The position numbers were made by a program, and so were the translations under genes. From Candidatus Tayloriibacteriota bacterium (lineage in GTDB: Bacteria > Patescibacteriota > Minisyncoccia > Phycocordibacterales > UBA6065), in contig JACRJQ010000008.1 in NCBI GenBank assembly GCA_016215405.1, positions 124,898 to 188,897 on the forward strand: a stretch of 64,000 nucleotides of DNA, given 5' to 3'. How positions within the stretch are numbered: position 1 is the stretch's first letter; the number at the start of each line of letters is the position of its first letter. Under the pieces are notes generated by a model. That model saw only the letters and a program-made list of their open reading frames with translations, had not been told where the DNA came from and ran no database searches. Positions 1 to 7,749 of the stretch are shown here, in pieces.

Positions 1-954
1 CTTCGCGGTCGCTTCTTCCGCCTCTATATCGCCCGAGAGGTCTTGGCCGAGAGCGTTCTTGAGGCGTACGGTCATGGTCCTGAATTCGAGGTCCGAAAAG
101 AGCTTTGAAGCCTTGTCGATGTCGATGCCGTCCCTCCAAGTCTTCTTTGGAAGGGCCCAGTCGATAGGCGCGTCGCGGCGTATGGTCGCGAGGACTTTAG
201 AGAATTCGGCGTCTTCCTTGCCCTGCTCCAAAAGCTCGATCGTGCGAGGGGTGATCCCCGCTTCCTCGAACTTCGATTTACCTTTTTTGAGCTCTTTGTA
301 TATATCCTCGACCGAGCCGAAGGTCGTGATGAGGATCGTCGCGGTCTTCTCGCCTATGCCCTTTATGCCGATGATGTTATCAGACGGGTCGCCGCGCAGG
401 CCTTTGTAGTCGGGAAGGAGCTCTGGGCCGAATCCGAACCTCTCGCGCACGCCCTTCTCGTCGTATATGACCGTATCTTTGATGCCTTTCTTGAGCGTGT
501 AGACGCGCACGCACTCGCCTGAGATCAATTGGAGCGTGTCCATGTCGCCCGAGGCGATGATCACTTCGAGGTCGCCTTTGGCGCATTCCTTCTTGACCTT
601 CTCGACGATGGTGCCGAGGATGTCGTCGGCCTCGAAGCCTTCCTTGTCGTATATCGGGATGCCCAACGCGTCGAATATGTCGCGCGAGCGGATGATCTGA
701 GCGACGAGCTCATCGTCAGTCTTGGCGCGGCCGGCTTTATAGTCTTTATATGCCTCGTGCCTGTGAGTAGGCTTTGGCAGGTCGTATGCCGCGACGATGT
801 AGTCCGGCTTCAATTTCTCGACCGCTGAAAAGATCATCGTACAAAGGCCATAGAGCGCGCCGGTCGCCTCGCCTTTCGACGTCGCGAAATCGGGCAGGGC
901 GTGATACGCCCTATGGAGGATGGCGTGAGAGTCGAGGAGGATGAGGCGTTTCAT
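1..954 (-). CDS. polA: DNA polymerase I, N-terminal 5'-3' exonuclease part (runs off the window's left edge)
   Basis: Manual translation from ATG at 954: MKRLILLDSHAILHRAYHALP...YKAGR...GFEADDILGT...SGDMD...LRGDPSDNIIGIKGIGEKTA, classic 5'-3' exonuclease motifs; TATAAT 7 nt upstream of the ATG; absent from the ORF track because the frame is open to the edge. Confidence 0.93.
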   Translation of the reverse strand, partial: MKRLILLDSHAILHRAYHALPDFATSKGEATGALYGLCTMIFSAVEKLKPDYIVAAYDLPKPTHRHEAYKDYKAGRAKTDDELVAQIIRSRDIFDALGIPIYDKEGFEADDILGTIVEKVKKECAKGDLEVIIASGDMDTLQLISGECVRVYTLKKGIKDTVIYDEKGVRERFGFGPELLPDYKGLRGDPSDNIIGIKGIGEKTATILITTFGSVEDIYKELKKGKSKFEEAGITPRTIELLEQGKEDAEFSKVLATIRRDAPIDWALPKKTWRDGIDIDKASKLFSDLEFRTMTVRLKNALGQDLSGDIEAEEATAK

Positions 955-993
955 ATTCTTATTATAGCTATTTTACGATGTCGCGCCTCGGCA

Positions 994-1050
994 AATAAAA
1001 AGGGCCACGCTATCGATTGATCTAGAATTAACTGATCGACAACGTGGCCC
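994..1050 (-). terminator. Intrinsic terminator-like hairpin closing the 16S-like RNA
   Basis: GGGCCACG (1002-1009) / CGTGGCCC (1043-1050) inverted repeat followed by a U-tract on the minus strand. Confidence 0.65.
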
Positions 1051-1347
1051 AGATAGGCGCAAGCATTGGACCAACAACCGTCTTTCGGCCGGCCGTATCT
1101 CAGGTCGGCTACCCGTCATAGCCTTGGTGGGCCATTACCCTGCTTGAGTGAACTCAAGCCAACGGAATCTTCCCTCGCCGGTACTTATCCGTTCGCCAAC
1201 TAGCTGATAGGCCGCGAACCCGCTCTATGAATTCAAGCGGTATCCGCGTGTTACTTCGCACCAGCTTGTCCTCCTGTGATGACCATAAATCGTCTGGGAA
1301 CGACCACGTCTATCACGAGAACCTCGCCTGACGGCAGGTGAGCGCCT
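995..1347 (-). ncRNA. Putative structured ncRNA containing 16S rRNA 5'-domain helices 7, 11 and 12
   Basis: Minus strand contains AGTAACACGCGGATAC, GGTTCGCGGCCTATCAGCTAGTTGG and GGGTAATGGCCCACCAAGGCTATGACGGGTAGCCGACCTGAGA, all recognisable 16S rRNA blocks; closing stem AGGCGC/GCGCCT; promoter upstream and terminator downstream. Confidence 0.65.
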
Positions 1348-1354
1348 GGATAAG

Positions 1355-1382
1355 AAGCTATCAGATCGTCTCGATTAGTCAA
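1355..1382 (-). promoter_or_regulatory. Sigma70-type promoter for the 16S-like RNA
   Basis: Minus strand TTGACT (1382-1377), 16-nt spacer ending in TGA, TAGCTT (1360-1355); predicted start ~1347 coincides with the closing stem. Confidence 0.5.
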
Positions 1383-1809
1383 AGTAAATTTCCCTTGTCA
1401 CCTCATCCACAAATTTGAATCTGATCGTCGTTGCTTCTTTAGGCAGGGCACCGCCTATATTCTCTGGCCATTCGATGAGAACGAGATTCCCAGGATCACC
1501 GATCGTCTCCTTCCACCCGAGCCTCTCGACCTCCTCTGCCCTTTCGAGCCGGTATGCGTCTATGTGTATGAATTTTTTAAAATGATTCCGATTATGGAGG
1601 TCGTAGGATTTCATGATGACGAAGGTCGGGGACGAGACTTCGGATTCATGGATGCCGAGAGCGGCAGCGAACGCCTTGGAGAATGTGGTCTTTCCCGAGC
1701 CGAGATCGCCGGAAAGGGCGAGGACGGCCGCACGCGAAGCGTGCGGCCGTATCTTATCCGCCAATCCCTTCGCGATCTTAGCGGTCTCTTCGAGGCTCTT
1801 CGATATCAT
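1375..1809 (-). CDS. tsaE: tRNA threonylcarbamoyladenosine biosynthesis ATPase TsaE
   Basis: GDLGSGKTT Walker A, SPTF, HIDAYRL and IEWP motifs. Confidence 0.95.
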   Translation of the reverse strand: MISKSLEETAKIAKGLADKIRPHASRAAVLALSGDLGSGKTTFSKAFAAALGIHESEVSSPTFVIMKSYDLHNRNHFKKFIHIDAYRLERAEEVERLGWKETIGDPGNLVLIEWPENIGGALPKEATTIRFKFVDEVTREIYFD

Positions 1810-1891
1810 GCCTAGATTCTACAGCCTATCCGAGAATAAAAAAGGAGGCCCCGCTTTCGCAAGGGCCTCCGGAAACAGTCTTGTCGTTGTC

Positions 1892-2350
1892 TTAACGAGC
1901 CGCGTAGGACGGATACGGGAAGATCTCCCGATACCAGTGGTCTCTGCCGTCGACATAGTGAGTCTCGACAGAGGTTCCTGTCTCGCGGCCGGAGGCGTCC
2001 ACAAAAGTCACGAAGACCTTCATGAACTCCCGTTCGCCCGTGATCCGAGGAGAGGCGATGAACGCGTCCTTTCCGACCGATCCCGTGCCGTAGTCGTATG
2101 ACCCGGTGGGAAGCGGTTCGGAGAGGGACGGCCTCCAGAGGAATATACCGACTCGCACTTTGAGGGCGCGATCGGCATAGGGATTCTTCACGAGGAAGCC
2201 GGCGCGGTCGGGAGCGCTGCTCTCAGGACACGGGTTAGCGTATCCAAAGGTGCCAAGGACCGGAATCGTGTATGTGCCCATCCCGTTGGATTGGCACCCG
2301 CACAAGGCGACAGACAAGCTTACGATGAGCGAGCAGATCAGGATTTTCAT
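1892..2350 (-). CDS. Hypothetical lipoprotein
   Basis: MKILICSLIVSLSVALCGC: hydrophobic signal with lipobox-like LCGC; start could be 2398. Confidence 0.6.
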   Translation of the reverse strand: MKILICSLIVSLSVALCGCQSNGMGTYTIPVLGTFGYANPCPESSAPDRAGFLVKNPYADRALKVRVGIFLWRPSLSEPLPTGSYDYGTGSVGKDAFIASPRITGEREFMKVFVTFVDASGRETGTSVETHYVDGRDHWYREIFPYPSYAAR

Positions 2351-2478
2351 GGAAAGACCGAAATTCGGAGGTTCAGGAATCTCACGGCGACGTGCCATGA
2401 TATTAATATTATACTCCTATTTTCGCTAAAAGTCAATATGTAGTTTCGATAGGTAAAACGACGAAGTGACGCTAAAAT

Positions 2479-4161
2479 ATGGCCATGACAGTATCTTTCG
2501 ACGAGGACAGGCAGGATAAAAAGCTCGAGGAGTGGAAGAGACGCGAAGAGGAGGACGTCGCCCAGATCCTCGCCTCCCGATACGGGCTCGAATACGCGGA
2601 CCTCGGTCCGGTGCCTATCAATATGGACGCCCTCAGGCTCCTTACCGTCGACGAGGCGAAGGAGGCGCGGCTCGCTCCTTTCTCTCTCGTGGGAAAGCGG
2701 GTAAAGATCGCCGTGATCTCTCCGGCGAACGAAAAGACCGTCCTCGCCCTCGACAAGATAAAGGCCAAGGGATACGAGGTGACCCTCGCCGTAGTCTCTC
2801 CCCTCTCTTTGGAAAAGGCATGGTCGCGCTACGCCGACCTCTCGTTCTCGACCGAGACCAAGGCCGGCGCGCTCGATATATCGAGCGAGGATATAAAGAA
2901 CTTCATCGGCCGGATAAAGACCATCGACGACGTGCGCGAGCAGATAAACGAGATACTCAAGCTCAAGAAAGGCTTCCGCATCTCGAAGATACTCGAGATC
3001 GTGCTCTCCGGCGCGCTCGCGACCAAAGCGTCCGACATCCATATCGAGCCGGAAGAGGTCTATGTGCGGCTGCGCTACCGCCTCGACGGCGTGCTCACCG
3101 ACATCCTGACGTTCGACCTCGAGACGTTCGGGCTCCTCCTCTCGCGCCTCAAGCTCCTCTCGGGCCTTAAGCTCAATATCAAATCCGAGGCTCAAGACGG
3201 CCGTTTTTCGGTCAAGATAGGCGAAGACGACATCGAGATCCGCACGTCTGTCCTCCCCGGCGCCTACAACGAGTCAGTGGTCCTCAGGCTCCTCAACCCG
3301 AAATCGATCCAAGTGCCCCTCGAGTCTTTGGGCATCCCGAAGAAGCTCCTCTCCGTCATCATGAAGGAGATCGCGAAGCCCAACGGCATGATCCTCACGA
3401 CGGGACCGACGGGATCGGGAAAGACGACAACCCTCTATGCGTTCCTCCGAAAGATCCACACGCCCGACGTGAAGATCATCACGATCGAAGACCCTATCGA
3501 ATACCATCTCCCGGGCATCGTGCAGACCCAGGTGAATTCGGACAAAGGCTACACCTTCGACCTCGGCCTCCGCTCCGCCCTGCGCCAAGACCCTGACGTG
3601 ATCATGGTGGGCGAGATCCGCGATCCCGAGACCGCGCAGACCGCAGTGAACTCGGCCCTCACGGGGCACCTCGTCTTCTCGACCCTCCACACGAATTCGG
3701 CGGCAGGCTCCTTTCCCCGCCTCATCGACCTCGGAGTCAACCCGCGCACGATCTCGTCGGCTATAAACCTGGCTCTGGCGCAGCGCCTCGTCCGAACGCT
3801 CTGTAGCGCCTGCAAAAAGGAAGAGAAGCTCGAAGGCGCCGACAAGGCGACGGTCGAAAGGGTCCTCGCGACCATCGTCGACAGGTCGGAGATACCGGCA
3901 AAAGCTGATTCTCATTTTCGACCGGTAGGGTGCCCCCAGTGTAACGGCTCCGGATACAAGGGCCGCATCGGCCTCTACGAGGGAATCCTCCTCACCGAAG
4001 AGATCAACAAGGCGATCGAATTCTCGACGTCGGCAGCGGAGGTCGAGAAAGTCGCGGCCGCGCAAGGCATCCTCACGATGCTCCAAGACGGGGTCATAAA
4101 ATCCATCACTGGCGTGACGTCTCTCGAGGAGCTGCAGAGAGTTATAAACATAGAACAATAG
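2479..4161 (+). CDS. pilB: Type IV pilus assembly ATPase (PilB/GspE family)
   Basis: ASDIHIEP, QDGRF, GPTGSGKTTT, TIEDPIEY, LRQDPDVIMVGEIRD, TGHLVFSTLHTN, CxxC...CxxC. Confidence 0.93.
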   Translation: MAMTVSFDEDRQDKKLEEWKRREEEDVAQILASRYGLEYADLGPVPINMDALRLLTVDEAKEARLAPFSLVGKRVKIAVISPANEKTVLALDKIKAKGYEVTLAVVSPLSLEKAWSRYADLSFSTETKAGALDISSEDIKNFIGRIKTIDDVREQINEILKLKKGFRISKILEIVLSGALATKASDIHIEPEEVYVRLRYRLDGVLTDILTFDLETFGLLLSRLKLLSGLKLNIKSEAQDGRFSVKIGEDDIEIRTSVLPGAYNESVVLRLLNPKSIQVPLESLGIPKKLLSVIMKEIAKPNGMILTTGPTGSGKTTTLYAFLRKIHTPDVKIITIEDPIEYHLPGIVQTQVNSDKGYTFDLGLRSALRQDPDVIMVGEIRDPETAQTAVNSALTGHLVFSTLHTNSAAGSFPRLIDLGVNPRTISSAINLALAQRLVRTLCSACKKEEKLEGADKATVERVLATIVDRSEIPAKADSHFRPVGCPQCNGSGYKGRIGLYEGILLTEEINKAIEFSTSAAEVEKVAAAQGILTMLQDGVIKSITGVTSLEELQRVINIEQ

Positions 4162-4164
4162 ACC

Positions 4165-4572
4165 ATGGTATACGCGAACGGCACAGGAGATATAAGCACG
4201 AAGGTCCGAGAGCTCGAAGCGGAGATGGACAAAAGCGCCCTCGAATTCCAAGGCCACGAGAAGAAGGTCCAGGAATTAAAGCTCGGCATACAAAAAGCGC
4301 AGGCAGACGCGAAAGCGAAAGATTCCGTAGTCCATCAGAAGGAGAACGAGATAACGAGGACCCGCGAAGAGAAGCGCGAGCTCGAAAGGACGGCTATAAA
4401 GCTGGAATCCGAGCTTCGAAGGGCCGAAACGGACCTCGCCAACTTCAGGCGCGAATACGACAAGCATAAAATGGAGCTCCAGAGGCTCCAACAGGCCCTT
4501 CAGAGCGTCCAAGCCGCCGAAAGAGACTCCTCGAGGATGCGCGGCCAGCATGGCGGATCGATACGCCGATAG
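4165..4572 (+). CDS. Coiled-coil hypothetical protein
   Basis: E/K/Q/R-rich heptad pattern; 3 nt after the pilB stop. Confidence 0.7.
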   Translation: MVYANGTGDISTKVRELEAEMDKSALEFQGHEKKVQELKLGIQKAQADAKAKDSVVHQKENEITRTREEKRELERTAIKLESELRRAETDLANFRREYDKHKMELQRLQQALQSVQAAERDSSRMRGQHGGSIRR

Positions 4573-4671
4573 CCCTCTGTCGATGGACGATTTGCCTCCC
4601 GCTCCATCTCGTGTCGTTTTGCTTATCCTCTGTTGCAGGAGCAGATAGGAAGAGTACTATGGCAAAAGATG

Positions 4672-4873
4672 GCAAAAGAAAAACCCGCCCCTGCGGGCGG
4701 ATCGTTCCAGAACATAAATCTCTAAGCAATACATAATGGTGTGCACCAAATGTTAAGCAGAGTTCTTAGGATGGCACCAGTAGGAAGACCGGAGTCTAAC
4801 CAGAACGTCCCGAGAATATCAACTAGTAAACCGTAAAGGTTTAATTGCTTAGAGATTCATGGCCTGGAATCCC
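4672..4873 (-). ncRNA. Candidate 6S-like (SsrS) RNA with terminator
   Basis: Perfect 14-bp inverted repeat AATCTCTAAGCAAT/ATTGCTTAGAGATT, central bubble, inner stem; G-U pairs and terminator CCGCCC GCA GGGGCGG TTTTT favour the minus strand. Confidence 0.45.
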
Positions 4874-4916
4874 TTGTTTCAATCTTTCATAACTAGCTTA
4901 GCATACTCGATTCAAA

Positions 4917-5966
4917 ATGTCAAGTACCCGTAACACCCCCTCTTCCGGCGGCAAAGATACGGCCTCGAACAAGGCTGGTTTGGGAGGCGACGAGCTTTTC
5001 CTCGATACGACCCTCCGACCGTCGTCATGGGACGAATATGTCGGCCAAAAAACCATTAAAGAGAACCTGCGGGTCCTTTTGCGCGCCGCGGCCGAGCGAA
5101 AGCACCCTCCGGAGCACATACTCTTCTACGGCCCCCCGGGCCTCGGCAAGACCACCCTCGCCCACCTCATCGCCAAAGAGACCGCGTCGCAGCTCAAGGC
5201 GACCTCGGGCCCCGCGATAGAGAAGGTAGGAGACCTCGCGTCGATACTCACCAACCTCTCTCCGGGCGACATGCTCTTCATCGACGAGATCCACCGCCTC
5301 AACAAGGCGATCGAAGAGGTCCTCTATCCGGCGATGGAGTCTGGCTCGCTCGACATCATCATAGGCAAAGGGCCGTCCGCGCGCACGATCCAGCTCGAGC
5401 TCCCTCCGTTCACTCTCATAGCCGCCACGACGAGGATCGCCCTCCTCTCCTCTCCTTTGCGATCGAGGTTCTCCGGCGGCACGTTCCGGCTCGAATTCTA
5501 TACCGACGCTGAGATACAAAGGATAATCCATCGCTCGGCCAAGCTTTTGGGCCTTGAGATCGACGAGAAGTCGTCCGAAAAGATAGCTAAACGAAGCCGT
5601 TTTACGCCGCGAACCGCCAACTTCCTCCTCAAAAGGGTCCGCGACCTCGCTCAGGTCGAAAAGGCGCCGGTCTCCGTCGAGATCGTAGACAGGGCCCTCG
5701 CCATGCTCGGTATCGACGAGCTCGGCCTTTTGCAGAGCGACCGCGACCTTCTCTCGACCCTTATCGACAAATTCGGAGGCGGCCCCGTAGGCCTTAACAC
5801 CCTCGCTGCATCGCTTGCTGAAGAAGAGGCGACGATCGAAGAGGTCCACGAACCCTATCTCCTCCAGCTTGGCCTCATCGAGAGGACCCCGCGAGGAAGG
5901 AAGGTCACCGAGAAGGCGTACGGGCACATGAAGGTCGAGCCTTCCAAAAGAGGAAAGCTCTTGTAG
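4917..5966 (+). CDS. ruvB: Holliday junction branch migration helicase RuvB
   Basis: LRP..W.EYVGQ, GPPGLGKTTLA, FIDEIHRL, ERTPRGR. Confidence 0.97.
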   Translation: MSSTRNTPSSGGKDTASNKAGLGGDELFLDTTLRPSSWDEYVGQKTIKENLRVLLRAAAERKHPPEHILFYGPPGLGKTTLAHLIAKETASQLKATSGPAIEKVGDLASILTNLSPGDMLFIDEIHRLNKAIEEVLYPAMESGSLDIIIGKGPSARTIQLELPPFTLIAATTRIALLSSPLRSRFSGGTFRLEFYTDAEIQRIIHRSAKLLGLEIDEKSSEKIAKRSRFTPRTANFLLKRVRDLAQVEKAPVSVEIVDRALAMLGIDELGLLQSDRDLLSTLIDKFGGGPVGLNTLAASLAEEEATIEEVHEPYLLQLGLIERTPRGRKVTEKAYGHMKVEPSKRGKLL

Positions 5967-5995
5967 GATCTAGAACGCGTTAACCTGAAACCACT

Positions 5996-6523
5996 ATGGC
6001 AGGACATAACAAATGGAAGCAGATAAAGGACAAGAAGGCGAAGACCGACGGGGCGAAGTCGAAGCTCTATTCTAAATATTCGAAGCTTATCTCGGCAGAA
6101 GCGCAAAAGGTTAAAGGCGACAAGAGCGCCCCTTCCCTTCGAGCCCTCATCGAACGCGCGAAAACTGAAAACGTGACGAACGACGTCATCGACCGCGCCA
6201 TAAAGAAGGCCTCCGAGCCTGGATCCGCCCTCGAAGCGATAGTCTACGAGGCTTACGGCCCAGGAGGATGCGCCATGATGATAGAAGCGCTCACCACCAA
6301 CAAGAACAAGGCCGCTCAGGAAGTGAAGCATATCCTTTCGGATAATGGCTTCTCCCTCGCCACTCCCGGAAGCGCCTCGTGGGCGTTTAAGCGCGAAGGC
6401 ACGACATGGATCCCGACCATGACGGTCGCCCTCGAAGACGCGGACCTCGGCATCCTCGAAAAGCTCGTCGACGACTTGGAGAACAACGACGAGGTGCAAG
6501 ACGTCTTCACGAACGTGGAGTAA
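5996..6523 (+). CDS. yebC: YebC/PmpR family protein (short form)
   Basis: MAGHNKW, YEAYGPGG, C-terminal DEVQDVFTN; 175 aa. Confidence 0.92.
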   Translation: MAGHNKWKQIKDKKAKTDGAKSKLYSKYSKLISAEAQKVKGDKSAPSLRALIERAKTENVTNDVIDRAIKKASEPGSALEAIVYEAYGPGGCAMMIEALTTNKNKAAQEVKHILSDNGFSLATPGSASWAFKREGTTWIPTMTVALEDADLGILEKLVDDLENNDEVQDVFTNVE

Positions 6524-6573
6524 ATAAAAGGCTGTTCTCTGATCTACTGGACCGGGCTCGAACTTTTCTTTTT

Positions 6574-6665
6574 GGCCTCTCTCGTTTCGTCGCTGCGGGG
6601 CGCAAGGCGTCCCTCGGCGGAATACCGCGCTCGGGCATGTCCTCGCTCCGAAGCCGAGAGGGGCG
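6574..6665 (-). repeat. Structured intergenic repeat, copy A
   Basis: Reverse complement core CGAGGACATGCCCGAG...CGAGGGACGCCTTGCGCCCCGCAG matches the copy at 51201-51293. Confidence 0.7.
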
Positions 6666-6731
6666 GGATTGTTTACGAGAAGAGGGATGCTAGCCGCGCC
6701 GCAAGGCGCGGTTTTCCCTTTCTTACCCTCC

Positions 6732-6812
6732 CGCCGAGTCCGCGTTCTTCTTTGCGAGGACTTACTCCGAAGGAGGCGCTTGCGTCTCGCAGCAAAGAAA
6801 ACGCGGACCGGC
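6732..6812 (+). repeat. Structured intergenic repeat, copy B
   Basis: GTCCGCGTT...CGAGGACTTACTCCGAAGGAGGCGCTTGCGTCTCGCAG...AACGCGGAC; same core inside a closing stem. Confidence 0.7.
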
Positions 6813-6856
6813 TTAAAAGAAATCTCTTCTGGAGAGAGAAATGGTAAAATCAATCC

Positions 6857-7333
6857 ATGCGAATCCTCGCCATCGATCCCGGATACGAACGCCTCGGCGT
6901 CGCCGTTCTCGAAAAGAACCCCCGCGAGAAGGAGACCCTCCTTTATTCTGACTGCTTCAAAACGTCGACAAAGCTTCCCCACGCCGAGAGGCTCGCCCTC
7001 ATCGGCGGCGAAGTCGCGCGCGTCATCGAGGAGTTCGAGCCGAAGGCGCTCTCGATAGAGACCTTGTTCTTCAGCACGAACACGAAGACCGCCATAGCCG
7101 TCGCGGAAGCGCGCGGGACGATACTCTACGAGGCGGCAAGACACGGATTAAAAGCCTATGAATATGGGCCTGGTCAGATAAAAGTAGCTGTCACCGGCTA
7201 CGGTAAAAGCGATAAAGAGCACATGATCGCGATGGTCCCTAAGCTTATAAAGATAGAAAAGGAGATAGGGCACGACGACGAGTACGATGCCATAGCCGTC
7301 GGCCTGACCTGCTTCGCAGTAGAGAGATTTTAA
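6857..7333 (+). CDS. ruvC: Holliday junction resolvase RuvC
   Basis: RILAIDPG, IETLFF, AEARG, VTGYGKSDK, DDEYDAIAVGL. Confidence 0.96.
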   Translation: MRILAIDPGYERLGVAVLEKNPREKETLLYSDCFKTSTKLPHAERLALIGGEVARVIEEFEPKALSIETLFFSTNTKTAIAVAEARGTILYEAARHGLKAYEYGPGQIKVAVTGYGKSDKEHMIAMVPKLIKIEKEIGHDDEYDAIAVGLTCFAVERF

Positions 7334-7481
7334 AGGACTCGCCCTCTCGGTCTATGTCTCGCCAAGAAGCCCGCGCGACTCGTCTCGCTCTCGGCGGCTG
7401 CTTTAGACGGTTTTCCACACCGCCTGCTACTTGCAAAGAAAATCCTATTTGCTACAAATAGGGGCGTTACATTAAATTTGC

Positions 7482-7715
7482 ATGCCCCGAAAGAAGATCC
7501 AAAAAGAAGAGGTCCTCAAGGTAGAGGATGATCGTGAGAAGAAGGACGACGACAAGGAAGAGGAAGAAGACGATGATCCGAGCCCGAAGAAAGTGGCGTC
7601 GGACGACGATGAAGCCCTTCCCGATCCTGACGAAGACGATCCTCTCGACGAGGACGATGAGGACGAGGACGATCCTCTCGTCGATTTTATGACGGAAGAG
7701 GAGGAGAGCTGGTAG
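7482..7715 (+). CDS. Small highly acidic hypothetical protein
   Basis: 77 aa with D/E tracts; promoter-like sequence upstream and terminator downstream. Confidence 0.75.
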   Translation: MPRKKIQKEEVLKVEDDREKKDDDKEEEEDDDPSPKKVASDDDEALPDPDEDDPLDEDDEDEDDPLVDFMTEEEESW

Positions 7716-7717
7716 CG

Positions 7718-7749
7718 AAAGAAAACCGCCTAACGGCGGTTTTCTTTTT
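7718..7749. terminator. Bidirectional intrinsic terminator
   Basis: AAAGAAAACCGCC TAAC GGCGGTTTTCTTTT between convergent genes. Confidence 0.8.

Noticed and set aside
1091-1255. A genuine 16S rRNA gene or rRNA operon
   Set aside because: Only ~100 nt of 16S-like blocks with internal deletions and insertions; the rest of the 16S and any 23S/5S are absent, so it is reported as an ncRNA candidate instead
5855-7144. 429-aa minus-strand ORF spanning yebC, the repeats and ruvC
   Set aside because: Overlaps three confident plus-strand genes and reads through GC-rich structured repeats
7334-7481. Additional ncRNA between ruvC and the acidic protein
   Set aside because: Only weak stems, one DnaA-box-like TTTTCCACA and a promoter; not enough support
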